64,000 nt of DNA, taken from NCBI GenBank assembly GCA_964401805.1, contig CAYNZY010000007.1:20982-84981 (forward strand), written 5' to 3'. Shown here piece after piece: positions 11,982 through 22,254 of the stretch (positions are counted from its first letter, which is position 1; the number at the start of each line of letters is the position of its first letter). The position numbers were made by a program, and so were the translations under genes. Under the pieces are notes generated by a model. That model was not told where the DNA came from and ran no database searches. It worked only from the letters and a program-made list of their open reading frames with translations. This DNA comes from an uncultured Rhodohalobacter sp. (lineage in GTDB: Bacteria; Bacteroidota; Rhodothermia; Balneolales; Balneolaceae).

Positions 11982-13199
11982 TCACTCTAAAGCCTGCTCC
12001 AGATCAGCAATAATATCATTCGCTGATTCAATTCCAACCGATAGTCTAACAAGCCCGTCGGTAATCCCGGCCTCTTCTCGAATCTTAGGATCCACCACAG
12101 AGTGCGTCATTGATGCGGGGTGCTGAATCAGTGAATCAACCGTACCAAGACTTACAGCCAGCGTACACAGTTTTACCCGATTCATCAACTGTACCCCGGC
12201 ATTCAGTCCGCCTTTTAGCTCAAAAGCGATCATTCCGCCGTGACCATTTATCATCAGCTTATTGATAATCTCCTTGTCCGGGTGATTTTTTAACCCGGCG
12301 TGCCAAATTCTGCTGATCTTTGGATGATGACTCAGAAAATCAGCCACTTCTTGTCCATTGAAATTGTGCTGCTTCATTCGCAACGGGAATGTCTTTAGCC
12401 CCATCAATGTCAGCCAGGCATCAAACGGGCCGGAAATCCCACCAAAATTCTTCCGGTAGATATGCATATCCGTTTCCGCAAAGAATCCCTCTTTTGCAAC
12501 AAGCGCTCCACCAACCACCGTGCCATGCCCGTTCAGATATTTCGTAGTAGAGTGTGCCACAAGGTCCACACCCCAGTTCAGCGGGCGCATATGGTAGGGA
12601 GTTGCAAATGTATTATCCACCATCACCAATGCACCATTTTGATGGGCAATCTGAGTAATCACTTCCAGGTCACAAACTCTCATGGTCGGATTAGCGATAC
12701 TCTCCAGATAGACCAGCGCAATATCATCGTTCTCTCTAAAAGCATCCATCACCTGATCCAGATCATTCGGATCCATATTTGTTACTTCAATATTGTATCG
12801 GCCGGCCTCTTCCTGCAAGAACTGAGATGTACAGCCATAAAGGGCTTCCTGTGCCAGAATTCGTTTACCGGCGGCAAGTGCCATCAAACCTGTTGTGATG
12901 GCGGCCATTCCTGATCCAAACATCATCCCTTCAGTTTCCACTTCAAGGTCAATGCCTTCCAATTGTGCAATAATCTTTTCTGCTTTCTCAACCGTTGGAT
13001 TCCCAAGTCTGGAATAGCTGTGTGTTGCCCCGCCCTCTTCGTGTGCAAAAAAGCGTTTTCCGGCTTCTACATCATTAAATCGAAATGTGGATGTCTGATA
13101 AAGCGGCATCGCATGCGAACCGTACGGATCTTTCTCCGGATGATCTGCCTGTGCACAAATTGTTTCCATCGACTTTTTCTCCTTAATTAGTGTCTCCAT
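11982..13199 (-). CDS. Trans-sulfuration PLP enzyme, methionine gamma-lyase-like
   Basis: PLYQTSTF, YSRLGNPT, GSGMAAI, YGCT (MGL-type Cys), DNTFATP, HSTTKYLNGH (PLP lysine), AVSLGTVDSLIQHPASMTH. Confidence 0.85.
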   Translation of the reverse strand: METLIKEKKSMETICAQADHPEKDPYGSHAMPLYQTSTFRFNDVEAGKRFFAHEEGGATHSYSRLGNPTVEKAEKIIAQLEGIDLEVETEGMMFGSGMAAITTGLMALAAGKRILAQEALYGCTSQFLQEEAGRYNIEVTNMDPNDLDQVMDAFRENDDIALVYLESIANPTMRVCDLEVITQIAHQNGALVMVDNTFATPYHMRPLNWGVDLVAHSTTKYLNGHGTVVGGALVAKEGFFAETDMHIYRKNFGGISGPFDAWLTLMGLKTFPLRMKQHNFNGQEVADFLSHHPKISRIWHAGLKNHPDKEIINKLMINGHGGMIAFELKGGLNAGVQLMNRVKLCTLAVSLGTVDSLIQHPASMTHSVVDPKIREEAGITDGLVRLSVGIESANDIIADLEQALE

Positions 13200-13668
13200 T
13201 TTCCATCACCGTTATTTTAGATTGCTCCTTAATTACCGACAGTACTATTCCTGTATAAATTCTCTCTACACCCGGAATCCGAGTTAGCTTTGTACGCAGA
13301 AAGCGCTCATACTCATTGGTATCTTTTACCACCACATGGAGTAAATAATCATACTCTCCGGTTGTATTGTAACAGGCAAGTATTTCAGGTATTCCATGTA
13401 TATGTTTTGAAAACTCTTCCATCTTACCGAGCTGATGAACCGATAATTTGATATTACAGAAAACAGTCAACCCTTTATCTATCGAGCTCTTGTCTATCCA
13501 GGCCGTATATCCTTTTATCACACCTTCTCTCTCAAGGCGTTTTACACGCTCCAGTGTAGGAGTTGTTGTGAGCCCCACTCGCTTGGCCAATTCGTTATTG
13601 GGCATCCGGCCATCTTCTTGCAGAAGATCAATAATCTTCCTATCGGTATCATCCAGCTTTACGGGCAT
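13183..13668 (-). CDS. Lrp/AsnC family transcriptional regulator
   Basis: LDDTDRKIIDLLQEDGR, ELAKRVGL...RVKRLEREGVIKGY, TGEYDYLL. Overlaps the start of the lyase gene, suggesting an operon. Confidence 0.95.
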   Translation of the reverse strand: MPVKLDDTDRKIIDLLQEDGRMPNNELAKRVGLTTTPTLERVKRLEREGVIKGYTAWIDKSSIDKGLTVFCNIKLSVHQLGKMEEFSKHIHGIPEILACYNTTGEYDYLLHVVVKDTNEYERFLRTKLTRIPGVERIYTGIVLSVIKEQSKITVMENGDTN

Positions 13669-13671
13669 ATA

Positions 13672-13718
13672 TAGAATTATATTCTCTGTTATACTTTAAT
13701 TTAAAGAATATAATTCTA
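13672..13718. promoter_or_regulatory. Tandem Lrp/AsnC-type operator boxes
   Basis: AGAAT-TAT-ATTCT (13673-13685) and AGAAT-ATA-ATTCT (13705-13717), centres 32 bp apart, together forming a perfect 14-bp inverted repeat just upstream of the Lrp gene. Confidence 0.7.
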
Positions 13719-14006
13719 ACAGTAAAAGGATATACAGGTATTAAATCTAAGAGTCTCTGATAATTTATTCTTACCAGTTGATAAGTGTATTACCCCGATG
13801 GGCTCGGGGGTACAAAAGATGAGCTCTATACATTATCCAAAATCTCTCTGATTCCTCAATCATTTTGACATACTGAGCTATTTAGCATCCAAATTGACCT
13901 ATTTTATCAAATCAACTCATGCAAAACAGATAAACTTTCACTTGAGCTATCCAAAGGAGATGCAAACCCCGCCGTTTATTTGTAAGGCTTTAACCGGGTC
14001 GATTGA

Positions 14007-15485
14007 TCAGAGATCAAAGTCATCCTCCTCAAAATCTCCCATTCCGCCAAGCATGCTCCCCAGCATGTCGGAATATGAACGATGATCGTCAATATCTTCT
14101 TTTCCAAGCTTCGAGAACTGGTGAAGGGCCTCAATAACCAGATCCATAACCGGCAACAGATCATTCTCACCGATTGATGAATTGTCTTGAACTAACTCTT
14201 TCAAACCGTCTACCCTTTCCAATTCCTTTTTATAATCACTCTGAGGCATCATATCCGGAATATCTAAAGAATTACCCATAGCGAACCAGTCTAATATTTT
14301 TTCATACGGATTCGCATCATTTTCCTTAGTCTTACTTTCTGATGGATTCTCAAAAACATCCAAAAATGCTCTTCTGATCGCCTTACCAAGCAGATGCTTT
14401 GCTACATTCACAGCACCCTCCTGTTCACCTTCATAAACCAGTTCCAGTTTGCCGGTAAGCGCCGGGATCATGTAGTATAAATCAGTTACTCGAAGTTGGG
14501 TTGATGATTCACCGCCGGCAATCATTCGTCGTTCAGCAGCTGAAATCACCTGCTCCATAGCCGTGATTGTCATACGTGTAGAAACACCGCTTTTTTGGTC
14601 GATATACTCACTGTCGCGAGCTTCGAAAGCCACATATTCCAGTACATCTCTGTAGAGCTCGGGAATTATCACTTCTGCACCACCATCTCTTTTACTCCAC
14701 GCTTCCTGTTTGGTAATTTGCGAAGCAATTTTCAACTCTTTTGGATAGTGAGTGATAATCTGGGAATCAATCCGGTCTTTGAGTGGAGTAATGATATTTC
14801 CACGATTCGTATAATCTTCAGGATTTGCGGAAAAAGCCAGCGACACATCCAATGGGATCCGCACATTAAAGCCGCGAATTTGAATATCCCTCTCTTGCAT
14901 AATATTCAGCAGAGCTACCTGAATTCTCGGCTGCAGGTCGGGTAACTCATTAATTACAAAAATTCCACGATTGGTTCTCGGTATCAAACCAAAGTTAATC
15001 ACCTCCTCGTCGGCCAGGGTGAGTTTTTTAGATGCAGCCTTTATCGGATCCAGATCTCCGATCAGATCCGCTACTGTAGTATCGGGCGTGGCGAGTTTTT
15101 CCCCGTAGCGCTGCTCACGGTTTAGCCATGCAATGGGCGTATCGTCCCCATGCTTCTCTACCATTCCCCTGCCATATTTCGAAATTGGATTCAGCGGGTC
15201 ATCATTTACTTCAGAGCCTTCGATAACGGGAATCTTTTCATCCAGAAAACCGGCTAAAAGTCGAAGAATTCGGGTTTTGGCCTGTCCTCTCAAACCCAGA
15301 AGAATAATATCGTGGCGGGCTAAAATTGCATTTTGGAGCTGGGGTAACACGGTTTTTTCGTAGCCCAGAATTCCCGGAAAAAGCTCCTCATCAGCTTTCA
15401 TTTTGCGGATCATATTTTTCCGCAGTTCATCCTTTACCGATTGTGATTGATAGCCGCTTTTTCTTAATTCGCCGAGTGTTTTCAT
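14007..15485 (-). CDS. Magnesium-chelatase-like AAA+ ATPase
   Basis: Walker A variant GLRGQAKT, EKLATPD, LIGDLDPIKA, NRGIFVINELPDL, ANPEDYTNRG. Confidence 0.85.
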   Translation of the reverse strand: MKTLGELRKSGYQSQSVKDELRKNMIRKMKADEELFPGILGYEKTVLPQLQNAILARHDIILLGLRGQAKTRILRLLAGFLDEKIPVIEGSEVNDDPLNPISKYGRGMVEKHGDDTPIAWLNREQRYGEKLATPDTTVADLIGDLDPIKAASKKLTLADEEVINFGLIPRTNRGIFVINELPDLQPRIQVALLNIMQERDIQIRGFNVRIPLDVSLAFSANPEDYTNRGNIITPLKDRIDSQIITHYPKELKIASQITKQEAWSKRDGGAEVIIPELYRDVLEYVAFEARDSEYIDQKSGVSTRMTITAMEQVISAAERRMIAGGESSTQLRVTDLYYMIPALTGKLELVYEGEQEGAVNVAKHLLGKAIRRAFLDVFENPSESKTKENDANPYEKILDWFAMGNSLDIPDMMPQSDYKKELERVDGLKELVQDNSSIGENDLLPVMDLVIEALHQFSKLGKEDIDDHRSYSDMLGSMLGGMGDFEEDDFDL

Positions 15486-15592
15486 GCTTAAAAATAGTTT
15501 GATGATTTAAATAACGGAGATGCGCAAAATCACCTCTTCGTCTCAATGGCTTATAACTCATTCAATCGCGAAAGAATTTCAGCAGCTGCAAA

Positions 15593-16864
15593 CTATTTTT
15601 CAGCAATTCGTGTCAAAACACGCGCTTTAACATGCGTCTCTTCCCACTCCTCTTCGGGGTTTGAGTCACCGGTTATAGCTCCACCAACCGGATAGATCAC
15701 TCTCCCGTCCTTAACAATTGCGGAGCGTATGACAACATTAAAATCGAAATCACCTTCAGGGGTAAAATACCCGATCGCTCCGGAATAGATCCCTCTGCGG
15801 TAGATCTCAAGATCTTCAATTGTTTTCATCACCTCTATTTTTGGTGCGCCTGTCATAGAACCCATCGGAAAACATGCCTTAATCACATCAACCGGATGAA
15901 CATCTTTTAATGCCGTTGCTTCGATCGTTGAGATTAACTGATGAACCGTTCCAAAAGACTGCACATCAAACAACTTCGACACCTGCACCGAACCGGTTTC
16001 TGCAATAAGAGACAGATCATGGCGAACCAGATCTACGATCATCAAATTTTCTGCCTTATTCTTTTCATTTAAAAGTTCTTCCCGGTACTTCAAGTCGGCA
16101 ACTTTCTCATCCGATCGGGGTGAAGTCCCTTTTATCGGTTCACTGATAACCTTCCTTCCGGATTTTTTTAAAAATCGCTCAGGTGATGCGCAGCATACTT
16201 GAAAATCCTCTGTTTTTAAAAATGCACCAAACGGTACCGGGTTAATCTCTCTCATTTTTTTATAGATGCTGAGCGCATTGCCTGCAGTTTCAGCCTGTAT
16301 CGGATAGGAGTAGTTCAATTCATAAAAATCGCCCTCCCTGATCAACCTCTGAATCTCATTTATTTTTCGAATGTAGGACGCCTTCTCCTCCAGCCTTTTA
16401 ATATTCTTTACACTTTCGGTGCCTGCGCTTACGGGTTGATTTTTAATCTCCTGTAGATTGACATCCCCGGATAAAACCTCAATCGCTTCCCCTTCAATCT
16501 TTAATATGATTCCCGGTTCCATAAAGTAGAAGTCCGGAACATCGATTAACTCCGGATTCTGTGAGCCAAGGGGCTCAATGTGATTTTTTAAATCATACCC
16601 CAAAAAGCCGAAAGTCATGCTCAGGCTCTCATCCATAAACTCTTTGATGGCAGTCCATGGATTTTGATCTGAATTCGTTTCTTTTCCCTCAACAATATTT
16701 GTGATGTGCCTTCCTTTACCGAAAATAATTCGCTTTGGCTGAACAGCCACATAACTTACCTGAGATGATGGATGCTCCGGCATTTGCGATTCGAGCAGAA
16801 CGTACTCACTCTCATCGTAATATTCAGTAATCTGATCAATAATATTTTTATGCCATTTTTTCAT
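15593..16864 (-). CDS. pabB: Aminodeoxychorismate synthase component I (chorismate-binding)
   Basis: SPERFL, PIKGT, AENLMIVDLVRHDL, FPMGSMTGAPK, RGIYSGAIGY. Start taken at ATG 16864. Confidence 0.85.
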   Translation of the reverse strand: MKKWHKNIIDQITEYYDESEYVLLESQMPEHPSSQVSYVAVQPKRIIFGKGRHITNIVEGKETNSDQNPWTAIKEFMDESLSMTFGFLGYDLKNHIEPLGSQNPELIDVPDFYFMEPGIILKIEGEAIEVLSGDVNLQEIKNQPVSAGTESVKNIKRLEEKASYIRKINEIQRLIREGDFYELNYSYPIQAETAGNALSIYKKMREINPVPFGAFLKTEDFQVCCASPERFLKKSGRKVISEPIKGTSPRSDEKVADLKYREELLNEKNKAENLMIVDLVRHDLSLIAETGSVQVSKLFDVQSFGTVHQLISTIEATALKDVHPVDVIKACFPMGSMTGAPKIEVMKTIEDLEIYRRGIYSGAIGYFTPEGDFDFNVVIRSAIVKDGRVIYPVGGAITGDSNPEEEWEETHVKARVLTRIAEK

Positions 16865-16961
16865 TCCGCAAGTATAAAAGTTTTTCGGGCATTTTAATAC
16901 CTGTTTCAATCCAACGAATCTCTGTTTACCTTAAACAGTCAAATTCACATTAAACTGATGT

Positions 16962-18056
16962 ATGTATAAATTATTGATCAGGCCTTTCCTTTTCAGGTTG
17001 TCGGCAGATTATGCTCACGAACTTACAGTTAAGGCTGCTAGCTCCTACAGCAAAAGAAAAGTTTTTTTGAGGGCTGCAGAAACCGTCTATTCGTACTCCA
17101 ATTCGGCCTTAACTCAAAATATCTGGGGATTAAACTTTAAAAATCCGGTTGGTCTGGCTGCAGGCTTCGACAAAAACTGCACGATGGCTCCCATGATGGA
17201 AAAGCTGGGTTTTGGTTTTGTTGAAATTGGCAGCATAACAGCACTCCCTTCTACCGGAAATCCCAAGCCCAGAAGTTTTCGCCTGCCGGTTGATCAATCG
17301 CTCATCAATCGCCTTGGACTCAACAACGATGGTGCACAGACCATCTCAAGAAGATTAAATAAACTGGATTTAGATATCCCTGTTGGGGTAAACATCGCAA
17401 AAACGCATAATCCTGAAATTTACGGAGATAAAGCCCTTGAAGATTACCGGACAAGCTTTAATCTGGTAAAAGATGATGCCGATTACATTACGTTAAATAT
17501 CTCCTGTCCTAACACTGCAGAAGGCAAAACGTTCGAGGATCCTGATGTATTAAACTCTCTTCTACAAACATTGGAGCTAAATAAAGATTCAAGCCTGCCT
17601 CCGGTTCTGGTAAAATTTTCGGTTGATCTGGATGAAAACCGTCTGATGGAATTGATATCCATTTGTGAGAATCATGCGGTAAGCGGTTATGTAGCAACAA
17701 ATACATCCTCAACGCGCGAGAATCTCAAAACCTCAGTTAATGAAATAAAATCAATTGGCCGGGGAGGATTAAGCGGAAAAGCTATTCAGCAAAGAAGTAC
17801 TGAAATCATCAGAAAAATTCACAAAGCAACAAAAGGGGAAAAAACGATCATTGGGGTAGGAGGCATCAGTTCCGGCATGGATGCCATCGAAAAAATTAAA
17901 GCAGGTGCTGACCTGATTCAGATTTATACGTCCATGGTTTATGAAGGCCCATCTATTGTTAGAAAGATTAATAAAGAGATTGCGGAATATCTGGTGGCAA
18001 ACAACCTGGAAAACATTTACCAGATACGTAATAAGGTTAAATCTCAATCAGATTAA
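16962..18056 (+). CDS. pyrD: Quinone-dependent dihydroorotate dehydrogenase
   Basis: NPVGLAAGFDK, GNPKPR, INRLGLNNDG, NISCPNT, GGLSG, IIGVGGI. Confidence 0.95.
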   Translation: MYKLLIRPFLFRLSADYAHELTVKAASSYSKRKVFLRAAETVYSYSNSALTQNIWGLNFKNPVGLAAGFDKNCTMAPMMEKLGFGFVEIGSITALPSTGNPKPRSFRLPVDQSLINRLGLNNDGAQTISRRLNKLDLDIPVGVNIAKTHNPEIYGDKALEDYRTSFNLVKDDADYITLNISCPNTAEGKTFEDPDVLNSLLQTLELNKDSSLPPVLVKFSVDLDENRLMELISICENHAVSGYVATNTSSTRENLKTSVNEIKSIGRGGLSGKAIQQRSTEIIRKIHKATKGEKTIIGVGGISSGMDAIEKIKAGADLIQIYTSMVYEGPSIVRKINKEIAEYLVANNLENIYQIRNKVKSQSD

Positions 18057-20635
18057 GACCGAATTGGGAAATTCAGTTTACATCGGATAGAGTGCTCTCC
18101 TCCAATCGGATCAAAGCTGAGATCTTCGATTACGGAATTCAGGGCATTTTCAAACTCAGCCGGAACATTATCACTCAAAATCGAGAAACTTTCTACCGAA
18201 CCGTCCGGATTGATGGCAAATCGGTATGAAATCACATCTGGTAGTTGCGATTTCTGTTCATCACTCCAATTCATCTCTGCTACAATCCTCGCTGCGCCAC
18301 CTGCCAAATTTAGTTGAGCATTAACATCCATACATACAGGAAGTTCCCCGGCCGGATCCGTGGGGAAAAGTTCTTCCGGAAATCTCTCGATCATAACTTC
18401 CTCCTCTTCATTTTCATTTTCAATTTCATCCTCTTTTTGATCAGCTAAAAAACTTTCAACAGATTCCAGCATAAGAGAAGATCGGCGTTTTACTCGTGAA
18501 TCTGCCTCATCCAACTCCATAATTTGTTTCAACAACTCCATCGCAGAGTTATAATAAACGACAGAAGTTTCAGATGGAAGATTGCGAGCCGCTTTCAGAT
18601 AATTTTCTGCAGCTTCGAGGTAAATCATCGATTTTCTTTTCTCATCAGTAATAGTCTCAGCCAGTTCAACAAGATTGTCAGCCTTTTCGGCGAAAGATGT
18701 GTCCGCAATATTTTGTTGAATTGAAGTATACTCTGTTTCAAACTGATCAGTTCTGCCGGTCTCCTCCGGTTCATAGTCTACATCCAGCCTAACCGCTATC
18801 CTGTCTGCATAAATACTTTCAGGATATTGCTCGAAAAGAAGATTGGCCTTTTGAACCATTTCATCACTGTTATTTTCACTGACTTCAAGTTCTGCCAGTG
18901 AATAGATGGCTCGCGGAATGAGTTCCTGGTTGGCCGACGACTGAATCACTTCATTAAAATAGTACCTGGCACTGTCGGGCATGTTTAACGAAAGAAAAAA
19001 CAGATTTCCAAGCCTGTATTTAAACTGCTCTTTTGACTCTTTCATCCGGTTTTTTTCATCCTCGGTAAATGGGATATCTGACAGATCAATACCAACACTG
19101 GCGGCCGTTCCCAATAAACCGTTCCCACCATTTGCTGTTGCCACATTTTCGGCAGGATTGTTGACCAATTCAGGATCTTCATCAATGGATGATATTGTCA
19201 ATGCGCTCTGGCGTCTCCAATTATCTTCCAACGGCCTGTTCCCCCAAACGGCCCGAAAATAATTCTGTGCTTCCGCTTTTCGCACGGGGTCATTACTGTT
19301 CAAAAAGCCAAACTCCAAAACCTCCGTGGCGTCATCCGGGCTCTCAGCAACGTTTCTCGCCGAAAACACATTCTGCTGTCTGTTAACTTCTGTACGGTCT
19401 ATCTGCTGATCCCGAATTCTCCTTATCACTGAATCCAGTTCCGCTTCGTTTAAGGTAGATAGATGCAGAAGGCTATCAACTCTTGCAATCTCATTTTTTA
19501 ATGATGCATACTCCCCAAATGCCCTTGCAATCTCTTCAGCGTCAACATCCTCATAAATATTGGATAGCTCAACGGATTGTGTATTGGCAGAATCAAAATA
19601 GGCAGCAGCTGTCTGAAAATCGTTAAAACGGTCTCTGTAGATCTCAGCAAGTCCAAAATATGACTTTGCCTTTATTTCATTCGAAGGAGCATTAAAGCGG
19701 TCACGCAACAGTCTGTTATATCTTGTAACGGCTTCCTCTGCTTCATTCATCTCCTGGAAAGTTTTGGCAATTTCATATCGCAACTCTACATGATACTCTA
19801 TAAATTTATCGTCCCTCTCTAAACTTCTGAACAGCTGCACCGATGACTCGTAATCTCCTGTATTGCGATACATTTGGGCAAGCTTACGTCTGGAATTGAA
19901 CTCAATATCGTACTCCGACATGATGGAAGATGATAAACGATAAGCAGCCAAAGCCTGAAAATTATTTCCTAACTCCTCATGAACCTGCCCATGGAGAAAA
20001 TATGCTCTCGCCTTAAGGCGATTACTTTTCAGCAGGCCGGTATAGTCCTGAAGCACCGCTGAGGCTTCGCTCCACTCACCCCTTTCTGAATATAACTGAG
20101 CTAACACCATATTTAACTCAGAAAGGAGAGCAATATCCCACTCTTCTATAAAATCGATCTCTTGTTGAGTAAAATTGATCCCTTCTTCATAGAGCTCCAA
20201 TTCTAAATAGGTACGGGATTGCCAAATTGTAGCTTCCTGCAGCTCTTTGCCTGAAGTTAGTGACCGCAGTTCCCGGAACTTTTCGAGGGCCGAAAAGTAC
20301 TCTTGCCGATAGAAATAGGATTGGCCAATCAGTGAAACAGCTCTGCTAAGATATTTGGAGTCGGCATGATCCCTCAGAATGGAAGCGCCTTTTTCAATTG
20401 CCCTCTCAAACTCTTCTCTACCGGCTTCTGTAGGAGTAGGGTGGATCCTGATGGGTTGATCCGGATTAATGACAAGCTGTTGACGTTGATTTAACTCAAG
20501 CCCCTCATCAAAGGCCTGTTTGGCGTTATAAAAGGTATTGTAATATGCGGTGAAATTTTGCCACCCTTGTTTTAACGGGGATACACAACCCGTCAAAAGT
20601 ATAGCAAACAGAATGATATATAGATGCTTAACCAC
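18053..20635 (-). CDS. TPR lipoprotein, SprE/PorW-like (type IX secretion), with C-terminal TonB_C-like domain
   Basis: Lipobox LTGC, FTAYYNTFYNA and F..VWGNRPLEDNWRR motifs recalled for SprE/PorW, and multiple TPRs. The last ~85 aa resemble a TonB C-domain. Confidence 0.75.
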   Translation of the reverse strand: MVKHLYIILFAILLTGCVSPLKQGWQNFTAYYNTFYNAKQAFDEGLELNQRQQLVINPDQPIRIHPTPTEAGREEFERAIEKGASILRDHADSKYLSRAVSLIGQSYFYRQEYFSALEKFRELRSLTSGKELQEATIWQSRTYLELELYEEGINFTQQEIDFIEEWDIALLSELNMVLAQLYSERGEWSEASAVLQDYTGLLKSNRLKARAYFLHGQVHEELGNNFQALAAYRLSSSIMSEYDIEFNSRRKLAQMYRNTGDYESSVQLFRSLERDDKFIEYHVELRYEIAKTFQEMNEAEEAVTRYNRLLRDRFNAPSNEIKAKSYFGLAEIYRDRFNDFQTAAAYFDSANTQSVELSNIYEDVDAEEIARAFGEYASLKNEIARVDSLLHLSTLNEAELDSVIRRIRDQQIDRTEVNRQQNVFSARNVAESPDDATEVLEFGFLNSNDPVRKAEAQNYFRAVWGNRPLEDNWRRQSALTISSIDEDPELVNNPAENVATANGGNGLLGTAASVGIDLSDIPFTEDEKNRMKESKEQFKYRLGNLFFLSLNMPDSARYYFNEVIQSSANQELIPRAIYSLAELEVSENNSDEMVQKANLLFEQYPESIYADRIAVRLDVDYEPEETGRTDQFETEYTSIQQNIADTSFAEKADNLVELAETITDEKRKSMIYLEAAENYLKAARNLPSETSVVYYNSAMELLKQIMELDEADSRVKRRSSLMLESVESFLADQKEDEIENENEEEEVMIERFPEELFPTDPAGELPVCMDVNAQLNLAGGAARIVAEMNWSDEQKSQLPDVISYRFAINPDGSVESFSILSDNVPAEFENALNSVIEDLSFDPIGGEHSIRCKLNFPIRS

Positions 20636-20668
20636 AGTTTTTAAACGTTTCCATTCTGTTTAGCGTAT

Positions 20669-22108
20669 TTACTCCTTATCGATGGTGCTCACCTTAATCA
20701 TGTTCGTTCTGCCACGCTTTGCCACCGGCATTCCTGTAGCAATAATCACCCGGTCTCCGGTATTCACGTAACCGTTGTTCTGCAGATAATCTTCCATCAG
20801 CTTCACGCTAATATCCGTATCAAATATCTCTTTTAGCCGAACCGATTGTACACCCCAGACTAAGTTTAACTGACGTCTTACAATCAGGCTTTCCGTAAAA
20901 GCTACAATTGGTACCCGTGGCCTGAATTTTGAAATTCTTCGGGCTGTACTGCCTGAGTGTGTAATTGTACTGATAGCTTTGGCTTCTATATTATCGGCAA
21001 TAGTTACGCATGAGTATGCCAGCGACTCAATGATCTGCTTTTCTTTCCAATCCGGTTTTTTATATTTGAGACTGTAATACAAACTATCTGCATTGGACTC
21101 CACAGATTTTATAATCTTATCCATCGTCTTAACAGCTTCAACCGGATATTTACCCGCGGCCGTCTCCCCTGAAAGCATAACGGCATCTGTTCCATCCAAA
21201 ACAGCATTTGCCACATCCGAACTTTCAGCACGCGTAGCGCGAGGGTTGTTGATCATTGAATCGAGCATTTGAGTTGCTGTGATAACAGGTTTGCCTGCAA
21301 TTCTGCATTTTTCAATAATCTTCTTTTGAACCAGCGGTACCTGTTCACTCGGAATTTCAATTCCCAAATCGCCTCGTGCAACCATAATGCCGTCGGTCTC
21401 CTCGATAATATCATCAATGACTTTAACGGCTTCCGGTTTTTCAATTTTTGCAATAATTGAGGCATTACTGCCGGCCGCCCGTATCCGTGAAATCACGTCC
21501 TGTATGTCTCTTGAAGATCTGACAAAAGACATGGCTACGTAATCAACACCCACTTTCAGTCCGAATTCCAAATCTTCTTTATCTTTTTCCGTAAGTGATG
21601 ACATGGAGATATCAACATCGGGGAGATTCACGCCCTTCCTCGATTTTAAAACTCCTCCTACAACTACTTTGGCTACAATTCCATCATCTCCTTTTTTAAC
21701 AATTTTGAGCTCCAGAAGACCGTCGTCAATTAAAATCTGATTACCTACCTGAGAATCTTCAGCCAGTTTTGGATAGTCGATCGGGACTACTTCAGCGGTT
21801 CCTACAACATCCTCGGAAGTCAATCTTACAAAATCCCCTGTTTTTATAACCTGGGCATCGTCTTTCATTTGCCCAACCCTGATTTTAGGGCCTTGCAGAT
21901 CCATCAAAACCGGAATGGCGTATCCAACCTTTTCTGCAACCTCTCTTACATAGCCTATTGTTTTTTTGTGCCCTTCGTGTGATCCATGAGAAAAATTTAT
22001 TCGTACAACGTTCATCCCTGCACGATATAGTTTTTCAATATCCTCTTTCGTATTACTGCTGGGACCTAAAGTACATACAATCTTAGTTCTACGAGCGCCA
22101 CTTAGCAT
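20669..22108 (-). CDS. pyk: Pyruvate kinase
   Basis: RRTKIVCTLGP, RINFSHG, DLQGPKIR, MVARGDLG, ATQMLDSM, DAVMLSGETA. Confidence 0.98.
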   Translation of the reverse strand: MLSGARRTKIVCTLGPSSNTKEDIEKLYRAGMNVVRINFSHGSHEGHKKTIGYVREVAEKVGYAIPVLMDLQGPKIRVGQMKDDAQVIKTGDFVRLTSEDVVGTAEVVPIDYPKLAEDSQVGNQILIDDGLLELKIVKKGDDGIVAKVVVGGVLKSRKGVNLPDVDISMSSLTEKDKEDLEFGLKVGVDYVAMSFVRSSRDIQDVISRIRAAGSNASIIAKIEKPEAVKVIDDIIEETDGIMVARGDLGIEIPSEQVPLVQKKIIEKCRIAGKPVITATQMLDSMINNPRATRAESSDVANAVLDGTDAVMLSGETAAGKYPVEAVKTMDKIIKSVESNADSLYYSLKYKKPDWKEKQIIESLAYSCVTIADNIEAKAISTITHSGSTARRISKFRPRVPIVAFTESLIVRRQLNLVWGVQSVRLKEIFDTDISVKLMEDYLQNNGYVNTGDRVIIATGMPVAKRGRTNMIKVSTIDKE

Positions 22109-22254
22109 AAATATGTGATTGTTTAAGAGTGATTTTTTATTTAGATATGATTGTGATGCCTAATGTAAGCAATTATATATCCATTTTGATGTTGTAAACA
22201 TAATAATCAGAACGATTATTCACTTTATCCGGTTTTTTAAAATAAAATAAGCCT

